NCBI GenBank assembly: GCA_022827625.1
Contig: JAJEIE010000039.1
Coordinates: 5,033-69,032, forward strand
Source: Candidatus Poribacteria bacterium
GTDB lineage: Bacteria; Poribacteria; WGA-4E; WGA-3G
Length of the DNA: 64,000 nucleotides
Reading direction: 5' to 3'
Positions within the stretch are counted from its first letter, which is position 1; every line of letters begins with the position of its first letter. Positions 40,215-50,350 of this stretch are shown here, in pieces. A program made the position numbers and the translations under genes. The notes beneath the pieces are model-generated. The model saw only the letters and a list, made by a program, of their open reading frames with translations. It did no database searches and was not told the origin of the DNA.

Positions 40215-43200
40215 TTAACGGATGACCGAAAGTTTGCCGATACGTCGATCTGTCTCTGATTCAAGAACATAGACATAAATTCCGCTACTAATTCCAGAAA
40301 GATCCCAAACCTTTCTATCCCGCTCCCGTTCCGTCCTCTCAAACGAAGCGATGCAGTTTCCAGCGACATCATAAATGTGAATACTTGTTCCAATAGGGAG
40401 TTTATCAAAGGTAACCTCATTGCATTCCGCTGGATTCGGATAGACGATTGTCTCAGTTAGCGTCGGTGCTGGCAATAGGACTGGCAATATTCTCGCGTCG
40501 TCCGCAAGTGCCGCACCGTACATATCCGAGAGTTGTAGTGCCTCAATCTGATAGCGGTTCCCTGTACGAAAAACGGCAGGCGGAAATGTAAGCACGACCC
40601 GATGTCCGGACTTATCCAGAATCGCTGAAGTCGGTGCATGACTTCCTGAATGACTGTCTGTCCCTTCTTGTTTGTACAGCCGGTAACGTCCAGCGTGCGT
40701 CGCCGAGAGGCCCATCGGTTTGTCAAACTGTAGCAAGAGTTGATTTGGTGGTGAATAATCAGCGGTGCTTAATCTCGGTCGCTGCGTTGGCACCACAGAT
40801 ACCAATGTTGATAGACCTGAAATTTTGCCGTCTGAAGCCCGTGCTGCGAGGGCGTACCAATAAGTTTGACCCGTTGTAAGTCCTGTATCCGTAAACTCCG
40901 TTCCCTGAATCCCTCCTTGGAGTTGTTTCAGTGCGTCGGGACGTTCCCCACGGTAGAGAGTGTGTGTTGCAGCGCCAGACGCGGTCTGCCATGTGAGAAC
41001 GACTGCGTTTTTGCCGATGGGTTTCGCTGTGATACCCCACGGTGCACCAAGCGAATTTTTCAATTGCGAACTTGAGAAGATTGACGTTTCAAAAACTGTC
41101 AATGCGTTATTGCTATTGAGCAACAATGCATTCATTCCATCGTCGTTGATGTCAGTCACGATAGGATTAGAGGTATTTGTCGCCGGATGGTGCCAGAGAG
41201 GATGGTAGCCGCCGCTCTCGTGTTGAATAACGTAGAAATTTGGGGCAGTGGCGAGGCACAGTTCATTCCGTCCATCGTTATTTATGTCGGCAATAACCAT
41301 TCCGTTTCCACCGTCTCGTACATCACGAATCCGTTGTGTCCATACAGCGCGATAGGCATCATTACCTTCCGAAGTGAAAATGGTCAATACCCAGTGATAA
41401 TAACGGATATCCAATGGCGTAGTGCTGATTGCTGTACCCGTCTGGGCACAGACAGCGAATTCCGCCTTGCCATCGCCGTCCATATCACCAGCGGCGAAGA
41501 GTTGTGGATCGCCTTCAGGAAGTGCATGAACCCATGTCTGTCTGTATGTGTTGTCCCCGGTTGCTTCGTACAAAAATAGTTCACTGTCATTGTCGCCTGC
41601 CAAAATTTCCATGCGTCCATCGCCGTCAAAATCACCCGTCACAAAGTTTGCGCTGAGTCCGTTATTCCCTAACGTCGGATTTTCAAGGATAGCCGTCCTA
41701 TGGTGGTTATTATCTCCGTTTGCCTCATAGACATAAATGGAGTCGGTAGCATCGTCGCGTGCAATAATTTCATCTGTCCCATCGGCATCCGCGTCTATAA
41801 TTGTTTTGCTCCAATTGCCTTGAGCTTCCCAAATCCGTTCTGTCGGGAACTGTCCTTGTATCGGTTGCTCCAGCAAAAAGATCACGTCTAAGGTATTGCA
41901 CAATATTTCTATACGTCCGTCCCCATCGGTATCTGATATTGCCCGGGGCCATAGCGATTCGGGGAATGAAAAGATTGCCTCAAATCTACCGTTGTCCTGT
42001 ACCTCAAAAATTTTTGCGGCACCCGTGTCCATTTCGGTGGCGATAATCTCTAATTTCCCATTTCCGTTCATATCCACTGGCGAGACAACTGCATGCAAAC
42101 TGTGTTCAGCGGAGGCGACTGGGAAGAAGGGCAACGGCTGAAGATAAGTGTTCTGCATCTCAATCTGGTACAGCGCACCCCTGTTATCATCAACGCGTAG
42201 AAATCCAGCGCGGTTTTCCACCGACAATCGGTACATATATATTCCCGGTGGGATACCTAAATCGGATACATTCACAATATGGAGAAGGTTCTCTGAATCG
42301 GAACGAGCAGCCCTACTCACGTCTCCACCCGCATCAAAAATTTCTATCGCACCGACGGATACCTCGTCAGTTTGCCACATAACGACCGGGTCGATGCTAT
42401 TCCCCGCAAGCCATGTCTGTAATTCGTGTCTCGAAATAAGAGATGCCGTGTGACTCACGTCAACAACTATTCTGTCTCTCTTGATTTCACCACTTTCTGT
42501 TTTGACGCTAAGCCTCAGTGTGTATCGATTCTCCGCTAAGTCAGAAGTATCCCACTTGTGCAAACAGGCATTAAACTTAGACTTCGTTTGTACAGATCCT
42601 AAAGGCAACCATAAATCTGGAACTTCACCGACCCCATATTCCAGCCAATATTCAATGAATCCAGATCCGCCAGCACTGCCGAAAATCTCGATATTGCTAA
42701 CACCTTCAACTTGAGGTGCTATTTGATGGGCATCAAGTTGAGCGATGATTACTGTTGAAGCCGTAAGTACGGCGTAGGCGTCAAGTGCCCCTGCCCCAAC
42801 GAGAGAATTGATAAATAGCGGTTCTGCAGTAGCGATGAGGGTTTCTTGGACTTCTGCATTACTATAATTTGGGTTCGCGGCGATTAGCAAGCCAGCGATA
42901 CCAGAGACATGTGCCGCTGCCATTGATGTGCCAGACCTGTTTTGATAGCCGCCGTCAATGTCTGTACTCGGAATTTCTTCACCCGGGGCAGCGATGTCAA
43001 TTGTTGCCCCGAAATTGGAATCGCTATACAATTGCTTTTCCTGCCCAAGTCCAGCGACGGAGATAACGGTTTTAAGACCGGCAGGATAATAAGATCCGAG
43101 TGATCCTGAGTTTCCCGCTGCACCAACCAAGACGCAACCGCGAGCATAAGCGTATTCTAAACTCGCTTCTATGATGAAAGCATTCACGGTATCCCCCCAA

Positions 43201-44072
43201 CTCATATTAATCACCTGTGCCCTGTTATCCGCTGCATAAACGATAGCCACGGCAAGATCATCGTTTTGGAGGTACTCGCCACCGCCAAATTTGAAGCCCG
43301 CTCTCAACGGCATAAGGCGACATTCCGGGGCAATCCCGGCAATCCCGAGTCCGTTGTTTACTTTCGCAGCGATAATACCGGAGACATGCGTGCCGTGTCC
43401 GGTTTCGTCCTCAGGTTCATTGTCGCGCACCGTCGAATCACCACCACCCGGTAGCGTTGGTGCATCGCTAAAATCCCAACCGTTGATGTCATCAATATAA
43501 CCGTTTCTGTCATCATCAACGCCATTTTCAGGGATTTCACCACTATTTTGCCAGAGTTGTGAGCGGAATTCAGGATGCCGGGTCGCTATACCACTATCCA
43601 CGACAGCCACTGTTACTTGTGGATCTCCTTGGGCAATACGCCACGCTTCCGGCATATTTATTAACCTCAGATTCCACTGTTCACTATAACCGGGATCATT
43701 TGGCACCGTTCCTGCACAAAACTGACTTAGACGGTTGAATTCGACGGCTTCAATGGCAGGATGTTGTTCATATCGCCGCAACAACGGTTCTAACTCCCAC
43801 TGTATTGGGAATCGGATGAGGTAGATGTTCTTGAGGCGTGGGTGTTGTCCGGCAGGTGTTGCCGGTGAAAAAACGGGCGAGACAGACACGGCACCGAGCC
43901 GTTGGCTCAACGTGTCAAGTGCTGCAACGGAGGCATCTGAATGTAGGCGGACGATGAGTTCGCCGGGGGTGTTTCTGATATGCGGGAAACCTTCTGAATT
44001 GCTTTGGGCAAAAACGATTTGTGTATTTACGAACAACACAAGAATATAGAGATAGATAAAATTTCTTTGCAT
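40215..44072 (-). CDS. Secreted subtilisin-family (S8) serine peptidase with FG-GAP/VCBS repeats, an Fn3-like region and a T9SS-type C-terminal sorting domain
   Basis: 1285 aa. Signal peptide (…NTQIVFAQS). Catalytic triad motifs VAVVDSGI (Asp), HGTHVSGIIAA (His) and GTSMAAAHVSGIAGLL (Ser). Repeated DxDGDG motifs. The C-terminal ~70 aa (…IHIYDVAGNCIASFER…DLSGISSGIYVYVLE…RRIGKLSVIR) match the Por/T9SS CTD pattern. Confidence 0.8.
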   Translation of the reverse strand: MQRNFIYLYILVLFVNTQIVFAQSNSEGFPHIRNTPGELIVRLHSDASVAALDTLSQRLGAVSVSPVFSPATPAGQHPRLKNIYLIRFPIQWELEPLLRRYEQHPAIEAVEFNRLSQFCAGTVPNDPGYSEQWNLRLINMPEAWRIAQGDPQVTVAVVDSGIATRHPEFRSQLWQNSGEIPENGVDDDRNGYIDDINGWDFSDAPTLPGGGDSTVRDNEPEDETGHGTHVSGIIAAKVNNGLGIAGIAPECRLMPLRAGFKFGGGEYLQNDDLAVAIVYAADNRAQVINMSWGDTVNAFIIEASLEYAYARGCVLVGAAGNSGSLGSYYPAGLKTVISVAGLGQEKQLYSDSNFGATIDIAAPGEEIPSTDIDGGYQNRSGTSMAAAHVSGIAGLLIAANPNYSNAEVQETLIATAEPLFINSLVGAGALDAYAVLTASTVIIAQLDAHQIAPQVEGVSNIEIFGSAGGSGFIEYWLEYGVGEVPDLWLPLGSVQTKSKFNACLHKWDTSDLAENRYTLRLSVKTESGEIKRDRIVVDVSHTASLISRHELQTWLAGNSIDPVVMWQTDEVSVGAIEIFDAGGDVSRAARSDSENLLHIVNVSDLGIPPGIYMYRLSVENRAGFLRVDDNRGALYQIEMQNTYLQPLPFFPVASAEHSLHAVVSPVDMNGNGKLEIIATEMDTGAAKIFEVQDNGRFEAIFSFPESLWPRAISDTDGDGRIEILCNTLDVIFLLEQPIQGQFPTERIWEAQGNWSKTIIDADADGTDEIIARDDATDSIYVYEANGDNNHHRTAILENPTLGNNGLSANFVTGDFDGDGRMEILAGDNDSELFLYEATGDNTYRQTWVHALPEGDPQLFAAGDMDGDGKAEFAVCAQTGTAISTTPLDIRYYHWVLTIFTSEGNDAYRAVWTQRIRDVRDGGNGMVIADINNDGRNELCLATAPNFYVIQHESGGYHPLWHHPATNTSNPIVTDINDDGMNALLLNSNNALTVFETSIFSSSQLKNSLGAPWGITAKPIGKNAVVLTWQTASGAATHTLYRGERPDALKQLQGGIQGTEFTDTGLTTGQTYWYALAARASDGKISGLSTLVSVVPTQRPRLSTADYSPPNQLLLQFDKPMGLSATHAGRYRLYKQEGTDSHSGSHAPTSAILDKSGHRVVLTFPPAVFRTGNRYQIEALQLSDMYGAALADDARILPVLLPAPTLTETIVYPNPAECNEVTFDKLPIGTSIHIYDVAGNCIASFERTERERDRKVWDLSGISSGIYVYVLESETDRRIGKLSVIR

Positions 44073-44268
44073 CGCTAATCGCTATCTTGTAGGAGCGAGC
44101 CGTGCTCGCGACTTTCCCCTTAAAATGGGTATATACCTAAATTGTAATATTAGACGTAATATGTTATATTATTAATTAGCGTGAAATTCAAGCAGAAAAA
44201 ACCAAATTTTTTCCATTAGCTTAACATCAATATTTACTTGTTAGCAATAAATCTAAGGAACCGCAAGC

Positions 44269-45906
44269 ATGAAAGCATCAGAACTCACCGTTAAATGTCT
44301 TGAGAACGAAAATGTTGACTATATTTTCGGAATACCCGGCGAAGAAAACTTGGATTTGATGGATGCCCTCTTGGACTCGAAGATTCAATTCATTCAGACG
44401 CGTGATGAACGCGGTGCCGCCTTCATGGCGGATGTCTACGGGCGTCTCACCGGGCGCGCCGGTGTCTGCCTCGCGACCCTCGGTCCGGGTGCTATGAACC
44501 TTGTCACAGGAGTTGCGGATGCCAATATGGATCGGGCACCCCTCGTTGCAATCACAGGACAAGCAAGCCTTGACAGGATGCACAAAGAGTCGCACCAATA
44601 TATGGATGTTGTCTCCGTCTTCAAACCGATGACGAAATGGAACACGCTCATCCACCTCCCCGAAATCATACCTGAATCTATTAGTAAAGCCTTCAAAACA
44701 GCAACAAGTGAGAAACCCGGGGCAACCCACATTGATTTTCCCGAAGATGTCGCAGAGATGCAGATCGATGCGGAACCGATCCGACACGACCATCCCAGCG
44801 AGGCGGAACCTGTTGCTTCCTGTTTGGCACGCGCTGCGCAATTGATTAACGATGCCAAACAGCCTATCATCCTCGCAGGAAATGGGGTTGTCCGCCAAAA
44901 AGCCGCTCGAATACTGACCCAATTCGCTGAAATGACAAACATTCCCGTTGCCCACACCTTTATGGGGAAAGGGAGCATCCCTTGGACACACCGACTTTCC
45001 CTGCTCAGTGTTGGGTTGCAAGCCAACGATTTTGTCTCTTGCGGATTTGACAGGGCAGACCTCGTCATCGCCATCGGCTACGATATCGTTGAATACCACC
45101 CTCGACTTTGGAACCCAAATCACGACAAGAAACTCATTCATATTGATACCGAAGCCAGTGAGAGTGACGCCGCTTATGTCACTGATGTAGAGATGGTCGG
45201 AAACATTCGGCAGAGCCTCAGACATCTGATGGCACAAGAAATTTACCCTAAAGATTCGGACTACGCCTCGAATACTTTACGGAAAATCATACTGGATCAA
45301 CTCGATAAACACCGAGACGACAAAGGATTTCCGATAAAACCACAAAAGATATTGAGCGATGTCCGTTCCGTACTTGCTGAGGATGATATTCTCATTTCTG
45401 ATGTCGGGGCACATAAAATGTGGATTGCGCGGATGTATCCGTGTTATAAGCCGAATACATGTATCATCTCTAACGGATTTGCTGCAATGGGCATCGCTGT
45501 GCCGGGGGCTATCGCCGCCAAACTTATCTATCCCGAACGTAAATGTTTAGCAGTCTGCGGCGATGGCGGGTTCTTGATGAACTCCCAGGAAATTGAGACG
45601 GCTGTTCGTGCCGGTATTCCTTTTGTCACGCTTATCTTCAATGATGAAGCATACGGGCTTATTGAGTGGAAACAGATGAACGGATTCGGCAGACCGGCAC
45701 ATATTGATTTTACGAACCCTGATTTTGTCAAATATGCTGAAGCCTTCGGTGCCAAGGGCTACAGAGTTGAAAGTAGTGACGAACTCGTTCCTATACTCAA
45801 TGATGCTTTCAACCAGAATGTTCCATCGATCATTGATTGCCCGGTTGATTACACCGAGAACCTTCGGTTGACCAATGAACTTGGTCAACTGACATGTCCG
45901 ATTTAA
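44269..45906 (+). CDS. Thiamine-pyrophosphate enzyme, acetolactate synthase (catabolic AlsS-like)
   Basis: 545 aa. Motifs FGIPGEENLDLMDAL… and RAPLVAITGQ…. TPP-binding motif GDGGFLMNSQEIETAVR. It has no adjacent small subunit, unlike ilvBN. Confidence 0.8.
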   Translation: MKASELTVKCLENENVDYIFGIPGEENLDLMDALLDSKIQFIQTRDERGAAFMADVYGRLTGRAGVCLATLGPGAMNLVTGVADANMDRAPLVAITGQASLDRMHKESHQYMDVVSVFKPMTKWNTLIHLPEIIPESISKAFKTATSEKPGATHIDFPEDVAEMQIDAEPIRHDHPSEAEPVASCLARAAQLINDAKQPIILAGNGVVRQKAARILTQFAEMTNIPVAHTFMGKGSIPWTHRLSLLSVGLQANDFVSCGFDRADLVIAIGYDIVEYHPRLWNPNHDKKLIHIDTEASESDAAYVTDVEMVGNIRQSLRHLMAQEIYPKDSDYASNTLRKIILDQLDKHRDDKGFPIKPQKILSDVRSVLAEDDILISDVGAHKMWIARMYPCYKPNTCIISNGFAAMGIAVPGAIAAKLIYPERKCLAVCGDGGFLMNSQEIETAVRAGIPFVTLIFNDEAYGLIEWKQMNGFGRPAHIDFTNPDFVKYAEAFGAKGYRVESSDELVPILNDAFNQNVPSIIDCPVDYTENLRLTNELGQLTCPI

Positions 45907-45979
45907 ACGGTAATCTTAGTTTTTTGTCTCTTTATTTACCAACATACTTCGTTTTTTAGGGAGGGGATGCTACGAAAAA

Positions 45980-47020
45980 ATGGCATTTTCAACAATTGAA
46001 TGGGCGGATGGCAGAATCCGACTCATCGACCAGACGCTGTTGCCCAACGAATTTAAGCAGATTTATTGTGACGATCTTCCATCAATCTGGGAAGCGATTA
46101 AGTCGCTGCGTGTGCGAGGCGCGCCCGCGATCGGCATTGCTGGTGCTTTGGGTGCGGTCCTCGGAATTTGGGAGTCTACCGCGAAAACTTATGACGCTTT
46201 TGCGGCTGAACTCAAAGCCGCAACCGACTACTTGGCTACCTCACGTCCGACAGCCGTCAACCTCTTTTGGGCACTCGATAGGATTACGCGGATCGCAGCG
46301 CAGAACAGTCACCTTCAGGTTTCTGAACTCAAAGAGGTCCTGCTCACAGAGGCGTTAGAGATTATCGCTGAGGATAAAGCGATGTGTCGCGCGATTGGAC
46401 AACACGGAATGGCATTGCTCAATGAGAACGATACTATTCTCACACACTGCAACGCCGGGGGGTTGGCTACATCCGACTATGGCACTGCGTTGGCTGTGAT
46501 GTTCAGTGCCCACGAAGCCGGTAAGCAGATACAGGTTTACGCCGATGAGACGCGTCCGTTGCTACAAGGCGCACGGCTTACCACTTGGGAGTTGATGCAA
46601 GCCGGAATTGATGTGACCCTTATCTGTGACAATATGGCAGCACAGGTTATGAAAGAAGGCAAAATTCAGTGTGTTGTTGTCGGTGCTGATCGGATCGCCG
46701 CAAACGGCGACACGGCAAACAAAATCGGTACCTATAATGTAGCGATCCTCGCGGAGGCACACGACATTCCGTTTTATGTCGCTGCACCGACTTCAACCTT
46801 AGATTTTTCACTTGAAACCGGGGCAGAGATTCCCATTGAGCAGCGTTCAGCGGAAGAGGTAACCGAAGGGTTCGGAAAGGTAACCGCACCTGCAGGCGTG
46901 AAAGTCTATAGCCCTGCCTTTGATGTTACACCGGCATCACTCGTCACGGCGATTATTACAGAAAAAGGTGTCGCACGGCCACCTTATACAACGAGCCTGC
47001 AAGCCTTACGCGACGCATAA
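45980..47020 (+). CDS. mtnA: S-methyl-5-thioribose-1-phosphate isomerase (eIF-2B alpha/beta/delta family)
   Basis: 346 aa. Motifs VRGAPAIGIAGALG…, TRPLLQGARLTTWEL and …VVVGADRIAANGDTANKIGTY. Confidence 0.85.
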   Translation: MAFSTIEWADGRIRLIDQTLLPNEFKQIYCDDLPSIWEAIKSLRVRGAPAIGIAGALGAVLGIWESTAKTYDAFAAELKAATDYLATSRPTAVNLFWALDRITRIAAQNSHLQVSELKEVLLTEALEIIAEDKAMCRAIGQHGMALLNENDTILTHCNAGGLATSDYGTALAVMFSAHEAGKQIQVYADETRPLLQGARLTTWELMQAGIDVTLICDNMAAQVMKEGKIQCVVVGADRIAANGDTANKIGTYNVAILAEAHDIPFYVAAPTSTLDFSLETGAEIPIEQRSAEEVTEGFGKVTAPAGVKVYSPAFDVTPASLVTAIITEKGVARPPYTTSLQALRDA

Positions 47021-47041
47021 ACGCAAGGTTCGCCTGTAACG

Positions 47042-48331
47042 TCACGCCGCTTTGGCAATGTTTGCGCGGGTGCCATCGATGTCAAAACAGGCATATTGAT
47101 TTGTGTTCATAATCCGAGTCGCGAACGCCATCGCCTGTTTCTCCGTGAGGTAACCGTCTGCGATTTCTGCCTCAAGGGCGCGGCGGATCTCGTTTCTCGC
47201 TTGGATGGCATACGCCATCGCGCTTGTTGGCCAACCCGTGTCACCGCCAAAGGCGAATAACTTATTGGACGGCACGGCGTGGATGCACCGGCGTAGGAAA
47301 TCGCGTGAGCTATACGGATCAATACTCCATGCCCAACAGAAGTCTACCCAGATATTTCGGTAGTGCTTAGCGAGCGCAACCAGTTCATCGTTGTAAGGGT
47401 AGGCGATATGCATCAAGACAAACTTCGCATCAAGATATCGAGCGAACAAAGCACACATGTTTCCAGCAGGAATACGGCGGACGGGCATCCGATCGTTGCC
47501 TGCATAGTAACCGGTATGAATTTTGAAAGGGAGATTGTGTTCAATCGTGAGTTCAACGCCGCGTGCCCAACACCAATCGCCGAGACATAGACGCGTGGCT
47601 TCATCGACTTCTGAAGCGGGCTGCGTTAGCACAGTATTCAGCGCATCGGAAGCCTCAGCGTCACTCCGTTCGATCCAGTTGAGCGTGCGGTTGTAAGCGT
47701 GTTGGGATTTTACAGCGATAGCACAACCGGCATGTTTGGCAAAGATCGCTTCCATGCCCTGTTTTAGGGAGGTGAGATCACTGACTTCAACGCCTGTTTC
47801 GGCGTGAATGGCACTTGGATCTACCTGTCCGTTACAAAATGTTGCCCAAGAGAGGTCATAAAGAAAAAAGTCAGGACCAGAAGTGTCCGGGGTACACGGC
47901 CAACTGAAGTCATCTGTTTGGATGTGATCAAGGTTCGCGATGTCGTGTAAAATGTGATAACGTTTGCCCGGAGAGCGCAGCGTCTTTAGGTTATCGGCAC
48001 TTGCGAGTCCATCGCCTGTTAGTTCGTCGAGCCCATAGATGTGTTTGGCAATGAGGCTGACAGCCTCACCATACCCGGTGAACTGTGTCGCTTCCCACGC
48101 ATCTTGGATGCCTTCAAACCGCGAGGCGATATCCTTGGAAGCGTCCATTAGATCACGCATCGCTTCTGGAGAGGCACCCGCTGTTATTAAATCGGCGGGA
48201 ACATAGTTCCCAAACAGATCTTGGAGGATATCGGGACCATTCTCGACCCAATCGTTTTCGCGCCGCATGTGCTCGTGTGTATCAACGAGTCGAATCGACT
48301 GGATGTGGTGTGCTAAATCGGTGGTTGCCAT
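47042..48331 (-). CDS. TIM-barrel metal-dependent hydrolase (amidohydrolase-2-like)
   Basis: 429 aa. N-terminal LVDTHEHM metal-binding motif (D-x-H-x-H) and later His/Asp ligands. Substrate unknown. Confidence 0.5.
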   Translation of the reverse strand: MATTDLAHHIQSIRLVDTHEHMRRENDWVENGPDILQDLFGNYVPADLITAGASPEAMRDLMDASKDIASRFEGIQDAWEATQFTGYGEAVSLIAKHIYGLDELTGDGLASADNLKTLRSPGKRYHILHDIANLDHIQTDDFSWPCTPDTSGPDFFLYDLSWATFCNGQVDPSAIHAETGVEVSDLTSLKQGMEAIFAKHAGCAIAVKSQHAYNRTLNWIERSDAEASDALNTVLTQPASEVDEATRLCLGDWCWARGVELTIEHNLPFKIHTGYYAGNDRMPVRRIPAGNMCALFARYLDAKFVLMHIAYPYNDELVALAKHYRNIWVDFCWAWSIDPYSSRDFLRRCIHAVPSNKLFAFGGDTGWPTSAMAYAIQARNEIRRALEAEIADGYLTEKQAMAFATRIMNTNQYACFDIDGTRANIAKAA

Positions 48332-48809
48332 GTAAGGTCTCCTAAAAATTAGACACTGGAAACGGAGTTTCCGTTTCGGCTCTTTAGATTTTGGTTGGGT
48401 TTACTGACGTTGACGTTTATGTGAAATATCGCGTAACTTTTCGCACTACATCTCGTAAGAACATCTATACACATAAAGCAAGTATATAAAATGAATTGGC
48501 AAGAAGTATTCATAGCACTATACTTGACAAATATATTGGATTGTGTTTTACTATATAATGTTTTGCGTGTCGCAAGACGTAATTTGTAGGTTCTGCATAT
48601 TCATAAGATACGCAGGGTCACAAGACTTGCTACCAAAAAGCAAAGTTGCTCTATTATAGGATATCAGGTTGATTCTGTCAAGAAAAACGGTAAATTCAGG
48701 CGGCTCCTGTGCCAGCCGCCTTACAAAAGAGAAATGCTCGCGTAGGAACGTGAATGGTGAATGTTTAGCGTCATCTTCCTGAAAATGGACAAGACGCCAG
48801 GAGCATATA

Positions 48810-49766
48810 ATGCCTACAGGACGGATTAAGTACTACAATTTTGATAAAGGCTTCGGATTTATCGCCCAAGATAGCAGTGATGCTGATGTTTTCTTACACA
48901 GTTCTGCGATTAAACAACCCGAATACGAGGAACTCCGGGTCGGGCAGCGGGTGAAATACAACATTGTTGAAGGAGAGAAGGGACTTGTTGCTCAGAATGT
49001 TGAAGTGCTGCTAACTCCGACGGAGCGCCGATGGTTGAGACAAGGAAAAGCCATCATTCCGCGCGGCTACGCCGGCTTTCCTGGGCAGCATCAAGACCAA
49101 TTCCTCGGTAATGAAGGTACCTCTACCTTTAATGAAAAAGCCGCCGAGTCAAAGCCGACTCGGAGTCGCCGCGATCGCAGTGTATCTATGGGGACTCCAA
49201 AACCGCCTGCGAAACCAAGAAGCCAACCCACCTCACCAAGAGATCTCAACAATACTGAAACTTCGCCTCAGGATGTGAAAGAACAAACTTCAAAACAACT
49301 CAGCTTCGGAGACCTCTACATCCTTAAGCAGATTAACTTTGAAACCCCTATGTTTTTCGCATTGTCCGACGCTGTGCAACTTCCCGCAACGGTCCTTGAA
49401 ATGACGCTCTCACGTTTGACCCTCAATAGCAATGGAAATGAGCGGCACGTCGCTAAAACGGATGTTAAATACTGTTATAAGGATGTTGACGCCGAGAGGG
49501 TTCAGGCAGCTATTGATATTGATGCAGAGGTCAAAGCCCAGCAGTTAACGCAATTAACTTCCGATGCCGATGCCTGTGAATTGGATACCGAGGCGGTGCA
49601 GCGTGCCCGAAGAAGTAAATCTGTGATTGAGATCACACTCCGAGAGGGAGAGATTTTTCGTGGGACCATAGACTGGGTGAGTCCTTATGAGATTAAGCTG
49701 ATTTTAGCGAACGGTGCAAAAGTCGTTATCTTCCGCCATGCTGTTTACGCGCTTGCCTTGGATTAG
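48810..49766 (+). CDS. Cold-shock domain protein with long linker and C-terminal Sm/Hfq-like domain
   Basis: 318 aa. The N-terminus is a CspA-type CSD (GRIKYYNFDKGFGFI…DVFLHSSAI…). The middle is a basic/Pro-rich low-complexity linker. The final ~50 aa (VIEITLREGEIFRGTIDWVSPYEIKLILANGAKVVIFRHAVYAL) fit the Hfq Sm1/Sm2 pattern (…G-x-I-x-x-x-D-x-x-x-I-x-L…(I/V)-(Y/F)-(K/R)-H-A). Confidence 0.6.
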   Translation: MPTGRIKYYNFDKGFGFIAQDSSDADVFLHSSAIKQPEYEELRVGQRVKYNIVEGEKGLVAQNVEVLLTPTERRWLRQGKAIIPRGYAGFPGQHQDQFLGNEGTSTFNEKAAESKPTRSRRDRSVSMGTPKPPAKPRSQPTSPRDLNNTETSPQDVKEQTSKQLSFGDLYILKQINFETPMFFALSDAVQLPATVLEMTLSRLTLNSNGNERHVAKTDVKYCYKDVDAERVQAAIDIDAEVKAQQLTQLTSDADACELDTEAVQRARRSKSVIEITLREGEIFRGTIDWVSPYEIKLILANGAKVVIFRHAVYALALD

Positions 49767-49774
49767 GTGTTGCT

Positions 49775-50344
49775 ATGGAAGCCTATCGTGAACTTGTTAG
49801 CGAGATCCAGCGCGATGTGGAACGTTTGCGTGTGGAATTTGGAGGCGTGCCGTGTCCAACCAATTGTTTTTCTTGCTGCCAAAATACAGCAACAATGGCG
49901 ATTAGTGAGGTTGAAGCGCAGGACTTGAAGATAGGGTTAGAAAGGCTCCCTGCGCAGCTGCGCACGCATATCCGCCGGAAAGCGGAGCGGACTATTAAGA
50001 AATTGGAAGCGCATGGCTACAGTGCGGAAAATATTATCCCCGATGCAGGTATGAAAGCAATCGGGGTGATAAAAGGCACACCTGAGGGTGAGTGTCCGAT
50101 GCTGATTGCTGGGGTCTGTGCGGTTTACGAACACCGTCCAGTCATCTGTCGGGTCTGGGGATACCCGATCCATAACGGCAATGAATTGGCGTGTTGCCAT
50201 AAAACTTTTATTGGAAAACGCCGTCAATATCGTCCGCTCAATTATACGCGTTATTGGAATGAATGTAAAAGGCTCAGCAGCGAGTTAGGTGTTGAGAAGA
50301 AAACGCCAAACTGCTATCTTGTGCTGCGACTGCTGTCCGAATAG
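49775..50344 (+). CDS. YkgJ-family (UPF0153) cysteine-cluster protein
   Basis: 189 aa. CPTNCFSCCQ plus later CPML…GVCAVYEHRP…C motifs typical of the putative zinc/iron-chelating YkgJ domain. Confidence 0.6.
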   Translation: MEAYRELVSEIQRDVERLRVEFGGVPCPTNCFSCCQNTATMAISEVEAQDLKIGLERLPAQLRTHIRRKAERTIKKLEAHGYSAENIIPDAGMKAIGVIKGTPEGECPMLIAGVCAVYEHRPVICRVWGYPIHNGNELACCHKTFIGKRRQYRPLNYTRYWNECKRLSSELGVEKKTPNCYLVLRLLSE

Positions 50345-50350
50345 CACCCA

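Noticed and set aside
44278-45237. 319-aa minus-strand ORF antisense to the AlsS-like TPP enzyme (also 44436-45074)
   Set aside because: Shadow ORF inside a gene with strong TPP-enzyme motifs on the plus strand. Its translation is low-complexity and Cys/Arg-rich.
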